Shown: piece by piece, positions 9,741-20,251 of the stretch
Layout: each line of letters starts with the position of its first letter
How positions within the stretch are numbered: the first letter of the stretch is position 1
Assembly: GCA_963666515.2 (NCBI GenBank)
Contig: OY762897.2
Span: 4,064,001 to 4,128,000, forward strand
Source of the DNA: Candidatus Binatia bacterium
GTDB taxonomy: Bacteria; Desulfobacterota; Binatia; UBA9968; JAJDTQ01
Length of the DNA: 64,000 bases
Direction: 5' to 3'
The notes under the pieces: generated by a model
Told to the model about the DNA's origin: nothing
Databases searched by the model: none
The model's input: the letters and a program-made list of their open reading frames with translations, nothing else
Position numbers and translations under genes: made by a program

Positions 9741-10993
9741 CCTCTTCCGGCCTTCCGGGCCGCGGCCGTCAGCAGCGCGTCCAACTCATCCACATAGGGG
9801 CTGTTGGTGCCGGTGTTCATGTAGTGCACGGCGCCGGGCTGGTAGTCGGCCATGCTGCCACGGTCTTCCATGGACAGGCGGATGCACTGGTTCTCCGCCG
9901 GGTCGCGGAACGTGTTGATGGGGTCGCCGCCGTCCTGGACCACCTGGATCTGCTCGTTGAGTAGATGGCGGAACATGACGATGCCGCGGTCGGACTCGGT
10001 CAGCCGCTCGGCGGTTCGGTCGAGGCACTCGCCTTGGGAAGCCCACACCATCAGGTCCTGGCCGGCCACGAAGTCGGGCAGGTCCTTGATCGGGACCTCG
10101 AAGGTGGGCACCGGGTCCTGCCTGGGGGCCTCGGCCTCCGGTCCCGGGAAATAGACTTGGTAGCCCAGGTGCCAGGTGTGGGTGTCGTCCACCGGGACGC
10201 GCATCTGGAACTCGGCGTAGCCGAGCTGGCCGATGCGGACGTAGTTGGGGAACACCAGCGGGTGGCCGACGCGCCATCCCTCCGCGTCCTCGGTTTCGCC
10301 TTCCAGCAGCCGGTACTTCTGGATGCCCACCGGCACCCGCTCGAAACGGATCTTCACGTGGTGGCGGCCGACCCGGTTGAAGCGGGCGATCTGGCGCTCG
10401 TCCGTGCTGCCGAGGCGTTCCAGCACATACTGGCCGAAACGGCCGTGCAGGTGTTCGGTGTGGATGGTGTCCACCGCGTTCTCCTGGCACTGGAGCCAGT
10501 TGCATGGAAGCATGGTGGCGCCGATCTGCCGGAAGACGTTGTCGATGACGAAGAGGTCCCAGCGGGGCAGCAGCGGAGCGGGGGCGGGGCCGAGGTAGCC
10601 CCAGACCAAGCCGCCCAACTCCTGCACCGGATAGGACTTGAGCCGCACCGTTTCCTTGAACTGGTGCTCAGGCGACTCGCCGGGCTGCTCGATGCACTGT
10701 CCGGCGGTGTCGTACATCCAGCCGTGGTAGGGGCAGCGCAGTCCTTCCTGCTCCGGGATGCCGTGCCGGAGGTCCACACCCCTGTGGGCGCAGCGTTGCG
10801 AGACCAAGCCGAGGCGTCCCTGGCGGTCACGGAACAGGGTCAGCGATTCCCCGAGGATGCGCGTGCCCTTGACCGGGTTCTTCGCCAGCTCCTCGCTGGT
10901 GCCCACCGGGTGCCAGTAGCGACGCAGCAACTCACCGGTGGGGGTTCCCGGACCCACCCGTGTCAGTCGTTCATTCTCTTCGGCGCTCAACAT
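9737..10993 (-). CDS. Rieske non-heme iron oxygenase alpha subunit
   Basis: CAHRG..CPYHGW; ENAVDTIHTEHLH; GQD; convergent with the previous gene, sharing CTAG. Confidence 0.9.
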   Translation of the reverse strand: MLSAEENERLTRVGPGTPTGELLRRYWHPVGTSEELAKNPVKGTRILGESLTLFRDRQGRLGLVSQRCAHRGVDLRHGIPEQEGLRCPYHGWMYDTAGQCIEQPGESPEHQFKETVRLKSYPVQELGGLVWGYLGPAPAPLLPRWDLFVIDNVFRQIGATMLPCNWLQCQENAVDTIHTEHLHGRFGQYVLERLGSTDERQIARFNRVGRHHVKIRFERVPVGIQKYRLLEGETEDAEGWRVGHPLVFPNYVRIGQLGYAEFQMRVPVDDTHTWHLGYQVYFPGPEAEAPRQDPVPTFEVPIKDLPDFVAGQDLMVWASQGECLDRTAERLTESDRGIVMFRHLLNEQIQVVQDGGDPINTFRDPAENQCIRLSMEDRGSMADYQPGAVHYMNTGTNSPYVDELDALLTAAARKAGRG

Positions 10994-11082
10994 GGTCGTC
11001 TCATGGAAACGGGCCGTTCCGTGTCAACGTCTCGACCCGGCGGGTCGTCCCTACGCTACAATTCGATGACACGAACAGGCTC

Positions 11083-12096
11083 CTATAGGTCCAGTGTGCT
11101 GGGTGCGAACAGATCCTTCAGCTTGGCCTTTTCCTTGGTCAGCCCCTGCTCATACGAATAGTCGATGATGGTCTCGATCATCTCACGGTTGTCGCGGATC
11201 CCGTACGGATAGGGGTCGTCACCGAATATCGCACGGGTCTTGGCCAGATACTCCTGCCCGAATACCAGCGCGGTGGGGATACTCGCAGCCAGCCGGTCCT
11301 GAGCCACCTCCTTGGCCGCAACGAACGCCTTGTACAGGTTGAACGCCAGCCAAGGGTGCTTCCGGTGAATGTCGCCCCGGATGATGTAGGCATGGTTGGC
11401 CGGGATGTAGCGGTGCTGCTCGAAGAACCGCTTGCCCTCGGCGATCCGGTCGGGAAACAGCGGCCTGATCTTGCTCCAGTCCCCTTCACGGGCGCGGATT
11501 CGGGTGGAGCGGTCGATGATGTTGCTGCCCTTCTGAAAGGCGCGGTGCACTGCGGCCACGTCGATCTCATTGGCCACCAGCATGGAGGCCAGACTCTTGT
11601 CCGGCGGCACCCGCTGGAAGGAGATGCCCTCGGGCGGCGTGAAGCCGGTGGCGCCGCCGTGGCTCAACTCGTCGGTCCGCTCCATGAACCAGTGGACATT
11701 GTACTGGGACACGCCGAAGTCGTGCTCCAGGATGCCGCGGGTCCACAAGGCCGCGGTCTGCTGATACTCGCCCACGCCGATGCGCTTGCCCGTGATATCC
11801 TCTGGCCGGCCGATGCCCGAGTCCACGTGGTACGAGAGCTGCGTGTGCATGAACCGCCGGGAGGGAAACACCGGGATGGCCATCATGTCCATGCCACGCG
11901 AGCGGGCGATGAGGTAGGACGACAGCGACATCTCCGAGATATCGAACTCCTCGAAGTTGAGTTGCCGCCAGAACGTCTCCGAAGGGTCCGAGAGAGTCGG
12001 GATCAGCTCCACGCCCTCGGGCTGGACGACCCCTTCGACGAGCGGGCTCACCCGCTCGTTGTCGCCGGTTACGAAGCTCAGGGTCATTCGCGCCAT
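11083..12096 (-). CDS. 4,5-dihydroxyphthalate decarboxylase-like protein (periplasmic-binding fold)
   Basis: GVVQPEGVEL, EFDISEMSLSSY, IPVFPSRRF, GVGEYQQTAALW, DPYPYG, LFAPST. Confidence 0.8.
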   Translation of the reverse strand: MARMTLSFVTGDNERVSPLVEGVVQPEGVELIPTLSDPSETFWRQLNFEEFDISEMSLSSYLIARSRGMDMMAIPVFPSRRFMHTQLSYHVDSGIGRPEDITGKRIGVGEYQQTAALWTRGILEHDFGVSQYNVHWFMERTDELSHGGATGFTPPEGISFQRVPPDKSLASMLVANEIDVAAVHRAFQKGSNIIDRSTRIRAREGDWSKIRPLFPDRIAEGKRFFEQHRYIPANHAYIIRGDIHRKHPWLAFNLYKAFVAAKEVAQDRLAASIPTALVFGQEYLAKTRAIFGDDPYPYGIRDNREMIETIIDYSYEQGLTKEKAKLKDLFAPSTLDL

Positions 12097-12301
12097 GGGT
12101 CGGCAGCTTTCATGAGGTCACCGCACCGGCCGGTGTTGGCGAAAGGATGCGGTCGTGTATGCCGTCGAGGTTGCTTCCATGCTACGTTGGGCAAAGATAC
12201 AATGACGATGCCGTGAGGGGCAAGGAAGGTTGTGTCGCGCAGTGGGCCATGGTGGATGCGCCGAACGGGAACATTGCCCGGACGGATTCGCAGGAGGAGA
12301 A

Positions 12302-12715
12302 ATGGGCGAGATCGTCGTGAAAGTTGAACTGGAAAATGCCGTGGATCGGGGCAGCTTTGAGCAGGGTCTGCGCGACGAGGCCAGCATCCGCAACACCCAC
12401 GTCGACGCCATTATCGATACCGGCGCAGCCATGTCCGTGTTGCCGCAGAACGTCGTCGAGCGGCTAGGGCTGAGAATCCGGCGGACGGCTGTCGTCACTT
12501 ATGCCGATGAAAGGAAGGAGGAGCGGCCCATCGCCGGGCCTGTTACCATCACCGTCTGCGACCGGTTCATGAGCACGGACTGCATCGTCGGGCCGCCCAT
12601 GAGCCAGCCGCTGGTGGGCCAGATTGTCCTCCAGGCCCTGGACCTGATTGCTGACTGCGCCAACCATACGGTAGCGCCACGCTGGCCGGACTACCCGGTG
12701 CTGAACCTGAGATGA
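12302..12715 (+). CDS. Clan AA (retropepsin-like) aspartic protease
   Basis: AIIDTGA catalytic motif, PLVGQIVLQALDL; AGGAG RBS. Confidence 0.85.
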   Translation: MGEIVVKVELENAVDRGSFEQGLRDEASIRNTHVDAIIDTGAAMSVLPQNVVERLGLRIRRTAVVTYADERKEERPIAGPVTITVCDRFMSTDCIVGPPMSQPLVGQIVLQALDLIADCANHTVAPRWPDYPVLNLR

Positions 12716-12800
12716 GGAGGGCTGGCGCCGTGCGTGCGACGGGTCATCCCGGCAAGCGCCGGATCGGCCATAGTCGAAGTGGAGACGGCACGATAAGTAC

Positions 12801-13841
12801 ATGAGGCCCCACCGCGAAAGGATCGACCTCGGCCCCACTCCCTACGACCGGTTCGTGAAGGGGGAAGGGATTCCCGTGCTCACGGGCTACCATATCCGCG
12901 ACATCATGGAGGTGGAGTTGGAGCCCTGGGCGCGCATGGGCGCGCGCGGGTGCTACCTCAACATGGCCGACCAGCAGGACACCGACGCGTACGTGTGCGA
13001 GATCGCGCCGGGGGAGCAGACGCTGGCGCAGCGGCACCTGTTCGAGGCCATCGTCTACGTGGCCCACGGCCAGGGCGCGACGTCGGTGTGGCAGGAAGGG
13101 GTGCCGAGCAAGACCTTCGAGTGGAGCGCCGGGGCCGCCTTCGCCATCCCGCTGAACGCTTCCTACCGGCACTTCAACGTGTCCGGCACGGAGCCGGTGC
13201 GGCTGATGGCCTCCACCACTTGTCCGCGCCTGCTCAACATGTTCCACAACGAGGAGTTCCTGTTCCGCAACCCGTTCGTGTTCCGGGACCGCTTCCGCGA
13301 CGAAGACGACTACTTCCGCGCCAACAAGCGGCTGGCCACCCGTTGCTGGGAGACCAACCTGATCCCGGACGTCAACGAGTTCGCGCTGGACGACTTTCCG
13401 ATGAAGGGGAAGGGCGTGCGCATCATGCGCTTCACGCTGGCGGACACCACCTACGGCTGCCACATCCAGGAGTTCCCGGTAGGGAGCCGCAGCCATTTCC
13501 ACCGGCACGGCCCCGGCGCCATCCTCATCGTCACCGAGGGCGAGGGCTACGTCATGCTGTGGCGCGAGGGCGACGAGGAGCAGGGGGTCTACGAGATCCG
13601 CCCCGGCACCATCTACTCGCCCGGCGACCTCATGTACCACGGGCATTTCAACACCGGCCACACCACCATGCGCCACTTCGCCATCCGCGGGCGGAGCCCC
13701 AAGTACACCAGCGACCGCTTCCCCAACCCGCTGTGGAACATGCTCATGATCGACGAGGAGCCCGCCGGCATCCACGACCGCTACCTGCGGGACCTGGAGT
13801 GCAACGGCGTCAACGCGGAGGTCTCGGTGGTGCGCGAATGA
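12801..13841 (+). CDS. Bicupin protein (gentisate-dioxygenase-like fold)
   Basis: QRHLFEAIVYV..G, FAIPLNASYRHFN; second cupin HRHGPGA..GEGY..YHGHFN. Confidence 0.78.
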   Translation: MRPHRERIDLGPTPYDRFVKGEGIPVLTGYHIRDIMEVELEPWARMGARGCYLNMADQQDTDAYVCEIAPGEQTLAQRHLFEAIVYVAHGQGATSVWQEGVPSKTFEWSAGAAFAIPLNASYRHFNVSGTEPVRLMASTTCPRLLNMFHNEEFLFRNPFVFRDRFRDEDDYFRANKRLATRCWETNLIPDVNEFALDDFPMKGKGVRIMRFTLADTTYGCHIQEFPVGSRSHFHRHGPGAILIVTEGEGYVMLWREGDEEQGVYEIRPGTIYSPGDLMYHGHFNTGHTTMRHFAIRGRSPKYTSDRFPNPLWNMLMIDEEPAGIHDRYLRDLECNGVNAEVSVVRE

Positions 13842-13870
13842 TCACGACGGATCAGGCGGCGCGAGGCCCG

Positions 13871-13895
13871 GCAGGGGCGACCCGCGGTCGCCCTC
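13871..13895 (+). repeat. GTAG-type REP-like hairpin
   Basis: GCAG-GGGCGACC-CGC-GGTCGCCC in an intergenic gap. Confidence 0.5.
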
Positions 13896-13962
13896 TGTGA
13901 CCGGCCTCTACGCGAGGACGAACGGCTCAACCGATGCAAACGAAACCGGAAGCGAGGATCTG

Positions 13963-15426
13963 ATGATGGGACACTATCCGGTCTACGACGACCTGAGGGG
14001 CTTCATCGAGGAAGCCAAGAAAGTCAGCGAGTGGCGCGAAGTGAACGGCGCCGACTGGGACCGCGAGATCGGCGCCATCGTCGAGGCGTCGGCCGAGCTG
14101 ATCCCCCAGGCGCCGATGCTGATCTTCGACAACATCAAGGACTATCCCCAGGGCTACCGGCTGCTGAGCCTGCCCTATGCCTCCTACAAGCGCGTGGCCG
14201 TGGCGCTGGGGCTGCCCACCGACCTGCCCAAGCTGGAGCTGCTGCGGCTGGCGGCGCGCAAGGTGAAGTCGGCCCAGCCGCTGGCGCCCAAGGAAGTGGA
14301 TTCCTCGCCGGTGATGGAGAACGTCTTCACCGGCGCCGACGTGGACCTGTTCAAGTTCCCGGCGCCGCGCTTCCACGAGCACGACGGCGGGCGCTACCTG
14401 GGCACCGCGGACAGCCTGGTGAACGCCGACCCCGACAGCGACTACATCAACTCCGGCACCTACCGCATGCAGCTCCACGATCGCAATCTCCTGGGGCTGT
14501 GGATGAGCCCGGGCCAGCAGGGGCGGCTCATCTGCATGCGCTACTGGGAGCAGGGCAAGAGCTGCCCGGCGGTGGCCACCTTCGGGCAGAACCCGCTGGT
14601 GTTCATGACCTCCTACTCGAAGCTGCCGTGGGGGCGTTCCGAGCACGAGATGGTGGGCGGGCTCATGGGCCGGCCCATGGAATACATCCGCGGTCCGGTG
14701 ACGGGCCTGCCGATCCCGGCCAGCGCCGAGATCGCCATCGAGGGCGAGATCCCGCCTCCGTCGGAGGAAGCCCGGGAGGAAGGGCCGTTCGGCGAGTGGC
14801 CGGGCTACTACTCCGGCGGCACCATCGGCACGGGCGTGGACCAGCCCGTCATCCGCGTCAAGGCGCTCTACCACCGCAACGATCCGATCCTGGAGGACGC
14901 CGCGCCCATGTGGCCCGGCGCCATCAAGATGGACCTGCACCTGTCGTCGGGAGTGCTCTGGGACCAGCTCGAGGCCGCGGGCATCCAGGACATCACCGGG
15001 GTCTACAGCCACACGTCCTTCATGGTGGTGGTGGCCATCAAGCAGCGCTACGCCGGGCACGCCAAGCAGGCGGGCATGGCCGCGCTGAGCGCCTCGGCGG
15101 CCGCGCGCAACGGCCGCTACGTGGTGGTGGTGGACGACGACATCGACCCCAGCAACCTGAAGGAAGTCATCTGGGCGATGATGACCCGCGTCGACCCCAA
15201 GACCAACATCGATCTGGTCGACAGCGCCTGGAGCACTCCGCTGGACCCGCGCATGCCGCCGGACAAGCGCGAGTCGGGAGACCACACCAACAGCCGGGCG
15301 CTGATCTGCGCGGTGCGCCCCTTCGAGTGGCGCGACAAGTTCCCGCGGGTGAGCCGGTCGAGCCGCGAGCTGCGGGAGCAGGTCATCAAGAAGTTCGGGG
15401 ACATCATCCCGTTCCCCGGGATCTGA
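13963..15426 (+). CDS. UbiD family (prFMN-dependent) decarboxylase
   Basis: DLRGFI, DGGRYLGT, GTYRMQ, EGPFGEWPGYY, VVVDDDIDP..VIWAM. Confidence 0.92.
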   Translation: MMGHYPVYDDLRGFIEEAKKVSEWREVNGADWDREIGAIVEASAELIPQAPMLIFDNIKDYPQGYRLLSLPYASYKRVAVALGLPTDLPKLELLRLAARKVKSAQPLAPKEVDSSPVMENVFTGADVDLFKFPAPRFHEHDGGRYLGTADSLVNADPDSDYINSGTYRMQLHDRNLLGLWMSPGQQGRLICMRYWEQGKSCPAVATFGQNPLVFMTSYSKLPWGRSEHEMVGGLMGRPMEYIRGPVTGLPIPASAEIAIEGEIPPPSEEAREEGPFGEWPGYYSGGTIGTGVDQPVIRVKALYHRNDPILEDAAPMWPGAIKMDLHLSSGVLWDQLEAAGIQDITGVYSHTSFMVVVAIKQRYAGHAKQAGMAALSASAAARNGRYVVVVDDDIDPSNLKEVIWAMMTRVDPKTNIDLVDSAWSTPLDPRMPPDKRESGDHTNSRALICAVRPFEWRDKFPRVSRSSRELREQVIKKFGDIIPFPGI

Positions 15427-15429
15427 GTC

Positions 15430-16614
15430 ATGTCGCGGGTTCTGCGCATGGGCATGGCCGGGCTGGGCGTGGCGAGCACCCAGATCCTGCCTGTGCTGCA
15501 GCAGGTGGAACACATCCAGATCGCTGCGGCCACCGACATCCGCAAGGACGCCCTGGCCAAGTTCGCCCAGGAGTACGGCGCGGCCACCTATGACAGCGTC
15601 GCCGCCCTGTGCGCCAGCCCCGACGTGGACTTCGTCTACATCGCCACGCCCAACGAGCTTCACGCCGAGCACGTGGTCACCGCGGCCCGCCACGGCAAGC
15701 ACGCCATCGTGGAGAAGCCCATGGCGCTCTCCATCGAGCAGTGCGAGGCCATGAACCGCGCCGCGGAGGAGAGCGGCACCGTCCTCCTGTGCGGCCACAC
15801 CCACAGCTTCGATCCGCCCATCCGGAAGATCCGCGAGATCGTCAGGAGCGGCGAGCTGGGGAAGCTCCGCATGCTCCATTCCTGGAACTTCAACGAGTTC
15901 ATGTACCGCCCGCGCATGAGCCACGAGCTGGCCACCAGCCACGGCGTGGTGCTGAACCAGGGCCCCCACCACGTGGACATCGTCCGGCTCATCGGCGGTG
16001 GGATGCTCAGGAGCGTCCGCGCCACCACCGGCATCTGGGACCCCGAGCGGCCCCACGAGGGCAGCTACATCTGCTATCTGGAGTTCGAGGACGGCGTCCC
16101 GGCGACGCTCGTGTATAACGGCTACGGCTTCTTCGACACCGCCGAGCTGTTCGACTGGGTGGGCGAGGGCGGTCAGCCAAGGGACCCGGAGCACAACCTC
16201 AAGGTGCGCTGGCGCCTCAGGAGCATCGGCAACGCCGCGGAGGAAGAGCAACTCAAGGAAGATATGCGCTACGGCAGCGCCCGGGAAGGGGAGTTCAGCC
16301 ACGTCTGGCACGGCCCCCGGCGCCAGCCGTTCTTCGGCCTCACCCTGGTGTCCTGCGAGCGCGGCGACATCCGCCAGTCCCCCGACGGGCTCATCGTCTA
16401 CGGCGAGGACGGGCGCCGGGAGATCGACTTCACCGTGGGCCGCCGGGGACGCGAGGCCGAGGTGGAAGAACTCTACGGGGCCGTGGTACAAGGGCGCCCG
16501 GTGTTCCACGACGGCCGCTGGGGCGAGGCCACCCTGGAGGTCTGCCTCGCCATGCTCCAGTCCTCGGCCGAGAAACGTGAGGTGTTGCTGAAGCGGCAGG
16601 TGCCGTGCGATTAA
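15430..16614 (+). CDS. Gfo/Idh/MocA oxidoreductase, phthalate cis-dihydrodiol dehydrogenase-like
   Basis: [51 protein letters not shown]. Confidence 0.85.
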   Translation: MSRVLRMGMAGLGVASTQILPVLQQVEHIQIAAATDIRKDALAKFAQEYGAATYDSVAALCASPDVDFVYIATPNELHAEHVVTAARHGKHAIVEKPMALSIEQCEAMNRAAEESGTVLLCGHTHSFDPPIRKIREIVRSGELGKLRMLHSWNFNEFMYRPRMSHELATSHGVVLNQGPHHVDIVRLIGGGMLRSVRATTGIWDPERPHEGSYICYLEFEDGVPATLVYNGYGFFDTAELFDWVGEGGQPRDPEHNLKVRWRLRSIGNAAEEEQLKEDMRYGSAREGEFSHVWHGPRRQPFFGLTLVSCERGDIRQSPDGLIVYGEDGRREIDFTVGRRGREAEVEELYGAVVQGRPVFHDGRWGEATLEVCLAMLQSSAEKREVLLKRQVPCD

Positions 16615-16637
16615 AAACGACGCCGATGCCCGTCCCC

Positions 16638-16664
16638 GTCATTCCGGCGAAGGCCGGAATCCAG
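16638..16664 (+). repeat. REP-like palindrome
   Basis: GTC-ATTCCGGC-GAAG-GCCGGAAT-CCAG. Confidence 0.65.
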
Positions 16665-16719
16665 GAGGGTGGACGGCGGAAAGGTTGAATCTCAGCAGAA
16701 CAAACTCAAGGAGGACACA

Positions 16720-17796
16720 ATGAACAGAGTGCTGGTACTGACCAGTCTGGTAGCGCTCGTCGCCTTCGCCGGCTCCGCCTTCGCGATGGACCACATCCGC
16801 GCCAAGATGATCGAGAAGGCCAAGAAGGAGGGCGAGTTCGTGGTGGCCGGCAGCAACGCCGCCGAGTTCCGGGACCGGCTCAAGGGATTCCGCAAGGCGT
16901 ACCCCTGGCTCAAGGTCAAGGCGTTCGACGCCAACACCTCGGCGACCGTCAACCGGGTGGTGACCGAGGCCAAGGCCGGAAAGCTCACCATCGACATGGT
17001 GGGGGTGGACGAGAGCGGCACCGAGTCGCTGGCGCAGAAGGGGCTCCTGAAAGGCTACGACTATCCCCACATGAAGGACATGATCGGCAACACCCAGCCC
17101 AGGCACGGGCAGTACGTCGACGCCTTCATGAACCCGCGTGTCCAGGGCATCTACAACACCGACCTGGTCAAGCCCGCGGACGTGCCCAGGAACTGGGACG
17201 ACATGACCTCGGCCAAGTACAAGGGCTTGGTGCTGCTGTCGCGCTCCGCCGAGGAGTTTCCGTCCCGTATGGCGTGGCTCTGGGGCAGCACCGACAATCT
17301 CAACTGGGAGAAGAGCTTCGACTTCTTCACCAGGATGGTGAAGAACCAGAAGCCCGCCATCGGGCGGGGCTACGCCGGCGGCACCAAGCGGGTGGCGGCC
17401 GGCGACGTGGGCATCTTCTGGTTCCCGGCCCTGGGCACCTACTCGAAGCTCAAAGCCAAGGGCGCTCCGGTGGAGATGATCGCGTTCCCGAAGTTCCCCA
17501 TGACGTTCCGTTCCTTCGCCATCATGAAGGATGCGCCGAACCCGGCGGGCTCCTGGCTGCTCATCGACTACCTGATGTCGCCGGAGGGCCAGTACGAGTA
17601 CACCGACGTGGTGAGCGCCAAGGTGGTGGTCAACAAGAACGCCAAGTCCGGCAAGCTGGCCAAGATTCTGGTGGACGGCGGCGCCACCGAGAAGAACGCG
17701 GCGCTGGTGGAGCCGGACACCGCGGCCAAGATCTACACACCCGCGGTGCTGAAGAAGTCCGAGGACTTCTTCTTCAAGCTGCTGGGGATCAAGTAG
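16720..17796 (+). CDS. ABC transporter substrate-binding protein (FbpA/AfuA-like fold)
   Basis: Signal peptide, AKKEGEFVV, YNTDLVKPADVPRNWDD, APNPAGSWLLIDYLMSPEGQ; AAGGAGG RBS. Confidence 0.85.
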   Translation: MNRVLVLTSLVALVAFAGSAFAMDHIRAKMIEKAKKEGEFVVAGSNAAEFRDRLKGFRKAYPWLKVKAFDANTSATVNRVVTEAKAGKLTIDMVGVDESGTESLAQKGLLKGYDYPHMKDMIGNTQPRHGQYVDAFMNPRVQGIYNTDLVKPADVPRNWDDMTSAKYKGLVLLSRSAEEFPSRMAWLWGSTDNLNWEKSFDFFTRMVKNQKPAIGRGYAGGTKRVAAGDVGIFWFPALGTYSKLKAKGAPVEMIAFPKFPMTFRSFAIMKDAPNPAGSWLLIDYLMSPEGQYEYTDVVSAKVVVNKNAKSGKLAKILVDGGATEKNAALVEPDTAAKIYTPAVLKKSEDFFFKLLGIK

Positions 17797-17806
17797 CGTT
17801 TCCGAT

Positions 17807-17845
17807 CCCGCGGGCCGTGTAGCCGCAACGCTCACGGCCCGCGGG
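17807..17845. other. Perfect 13-bp stem-loop between binding-protein and permease genes
   Basis: CCCGCGGGCCGTG-N13-CACGGCCCGCGGG; no U-tract, so more likely an mRNA-stabilising or attenuating hairpin. Confidence 0.65.
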
Positions 17846-17852
17846 CCGATCC

Positions 17853-19610
17853 ATGAACGGCACCGCAATCACGCCCGGCACGAACGGCGTCAGGCCCTCC
17901 TGGGGCCGTACCGTCGATCTCCGGCTGGTGGCCTTCTGGAGCATCGCCGTCGTCATCGGCGTGCTCGTCATCGTGCCCTTGGGCCTGCTGGTGGTGAACA
18001 GCTTCCGCAGCGCATCGATCGGCGATATCGAGTTCAGCCTCAAGGGCCTTACCCTCCACAACTACATCGAAGCCTACAGCAGCCCGGCGACCTTCCGGAT
18101 GCTCTTCAACTCGCTGTGGTTCGCCGTCGGCTCCATGATCCTGGCCATGTGCATGGGCGGCGTGCTGGCGTTCCTTGCGGAGCGCACGGACATGCGCTGG
18201 CGCGACGCGATCCCCATGATGGTGATGATCCCGTTGATCATGCCGTCGGTGGTGAAGGGCATCGCGTGGATCTTTCTCCTGTCGCCGCGTATCGGGGTCA
18301 TCAATCAGGTCGGCCGGTGGCTCGGCCTGGACGGCCCGATCCTGAGCGCCTACTCGCTGCCGGCCATGATCTGGGTCGAGGGCGTGAGCATGAGCCCGCT
18401 GGCGTTCCTGCTCATCGCCGGCACCATCCGGCGCATGGACCCGTCGCTGGAGGAGGCCGCCCTGGGGAGCGGCGCGTCCACCTGGACCACCTTCTCCAAG
18501 GTGCTGCTGCCGCTGCTCAAGCCCGGCTTGGCGGGCGTCGCCATCCTGCTCTTCGTGCGCGGCATCGAGGCCTTCGAGATCCCCATGCTGCTGGGCTTCA
18601 GCTCGGGCATCTTCGTCTTCAGCACCACCATCTACTACTCCATACGCGGCGCCTTCCCGCCGGACTACGGGCTGGGGTTCGCCTACAGCATGACCCTGGT
18701 GGTGGTGACGCTGATCGCGATCCTGTTCTACCAGCGCCAGTTGAGGCACTCCGAGCGCTACACCGTGGTGGTGGGCAAGGGCTACCGGCCCCGAGTCATG
18801 CCCTTGGGCAGGTGGATGTGGCCGGCCTGGGGTTTCGTCGGCTTCTACTTCGTGTTCGCGGCCGTGCTGCCGCTCCTGATCCTGGTATGGAGCTCGCTGC
18901 TGCCCTACTACCGGCCGCCCTCGTGGAAGGCGTTGTCGGCCGTGAGCCTGGAGAACTACTGGGAGCTGTTCGCTTCTCCGGCGCTGCTGAACGTCGCCTC
19001 CAACACGCTGCTCCTGGGGGGCATCAGCAGCATCGCCATCATGTTCCTGGCGATCCTGTGCTCGTGGTTCGTCTACCGCACCAACATCACCGGCCGGAAG
19101 GTGCTGGACGTGGTGGTGTTCCTGCCCTACGCGGTCTCGGGCATGGTCATCGGCGTCGCCTTCCTGGTGGTGTTCCTGTCGTTCCCCAACCCGCTGTACA
19201 ACACCATCTGGATCATCGTGCTGGCCTACGTCGTCAACTACCTGCCCATCGGCACCCGCTTCACAAACGCCGCGGTGGTGCAGGTGCACAAGGAGCTGGA
19301 AGAGGCCGCCTGGGGCAGCGGCGCCGGCTTCTGGACCACGCTCCGGTTCGTCTGGTTCCCGCTGCTGCTCCCGGCATTGGTGAACGGCTTCCTGTTCGTG
19401 CTGATCCTGAGCTTCAAGGTCATGTCCATCGCCATGCTGTTGCGCGGTCCCGACAGCATGGTGCTGTCCGTGTACCTCTGGCACTTGTGGGACACCGGCA
19501 ACCCCGGCACGTCGTCCGCCCTGTCCGTCCTGCTGGTGGTGGTGGTCACCGCCTTGAGCGTCCTGGCCCGGCGGTTGGGCGGGAGCGTGGCGGGCGGGCG
19601 CGAGCTGTAG
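17853..19610 (+). CDS. ABC transporter permease (FbpB-like, fused double domain)
   Basis: Two EAA loops: DPSLEEAALGSGAS and HKELEEAAWGSGAG. Confidence 0.9.
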   Translation: MNGTAITPGTNGVRPSWGRTVDLRLVAFWSIAVVIGVLVIVPLGLLVVNSFRSASIGDIEFSLKGLTLHNYIEAYSSPATFRMLFNSLWFAVGSMILAMCMGGVLAFLAERTDMRWRDAIPMMVMIPLIMPSVVKGIAWIFLLSPRIGVINQVGRWLGLDGPILSAYSLPAMIWVEGVSMSPLAFLLIAGTIRRMDPSLEEAALGSGASTWTTFSKVLLPLLKPGLAGVAILLFVRGIEAFEIPMLLGFSSGIFVFSTTIYYSIRGAFPPDYGLGFAYSMTLVVVTLIAILFYQRQLRHSERYTVVVGKGYRPRVMPLGRWMWPAWGFVGFYFVFAAVLPLLILVWSSLLPYYRPPSWKALSAVSLENYWELFASPALLNVASNTLLLGGISSIAIMFLAILCSWFVYRTNITGRKVLDVVVFLPYAVSGMVIGVAFLVVFLSFPNPLYNTIWIIVLAYVVNYLPIGTRFTNAAVVQVHKELEEAAWGSGAGFWTTLRFVWFPLLLPALVNGFLFVLILSFKVMSIAMLLRGPDSMVLSVYLWHLWDTGNPGTSSALSVLLVVVVTALSVLARRLGGSVAGGREL

Positions 19611-19639
19611 CCTTCCGTCGTGTTGACATGAAGGGTCAC

Positions 19640-20248
19640 ATGCCGAATCCTGGAAGGATGCTGCGCGCCTTCACCACGGCTCTGTCCGCATTGCTCCTGG
19701 CCTTCTCGCTGGCGGCGCCGCAGGCGCGCGCCAACCCACACGTGTGGGTCGAGGCCAGGATGACGTTCGAGTTCGAGGACCATCAGGTCAAGGGGCTCGC
19801 GTTCACGTGGGAGTTCGACGACTACTACAGCTCCCACACCATCCGATCCTACGACCGCGACGGCGACGGCTTCTTCACGCGGCCGGAGATGCGGGCGCTT
19901 CGTGCCGGCATGTTCGATCCGCTGGGCGCGTCCGACTACCACGTGCACGTGTGGGCGGGAGGCGGAAAACGCGAGGGCCACGAGATCGACCGCTTCACGG
20001 CGAGAATCGCGGAAAAACGGCTCGTCATCGATTTCTCCGTGCCGGTCGCACCGCCCGCCGATCCGGGTGAAGATCCCGTAATCGTCAGCCTGTTGGATCA
20101 CAAGAACGAGGTGGACTTCAGCTTCGCCCCGTCGGGTTTCCTGAGGGTGATGGGCGCGCTGAAGCCAGGCTGCAAGTTTCGGGTCCAGCGCGGCAGGGGT
20201 GAGCAGTCCGGCCATCCCCGGCCCGTGACCCTCAAGTGCGGAGGCTGA
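19640..20248 (+). CDS. DUF1007 family exported protein (start uncertain: 19628, 19640 or 19658)
   Basis: Signal peptide then NPHVWV, WEFDDYYS, YDRDGDG; next to an RcnA-like gene. Confidence 0.8.
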   Translation: MPNPGRMLRAFTTALSALLLAFSLAAPQARANPHVWVEARMTFEFEDHQVKGLAFTWEFDDYYSSHTIRSYDRDGDGFFTRPEMRALRAGMFDPLGASDYHVHVWAGGGKREGHEIDRFTARIAEKRLVIDFSVPVAPPADPGEDPVIVSLLDHKNEVDFSFAPSGFLRVMGALKPGCKFRVQRGRGEQSGHPRPVTLKCGG

Positions 20249-20251
20249 ACC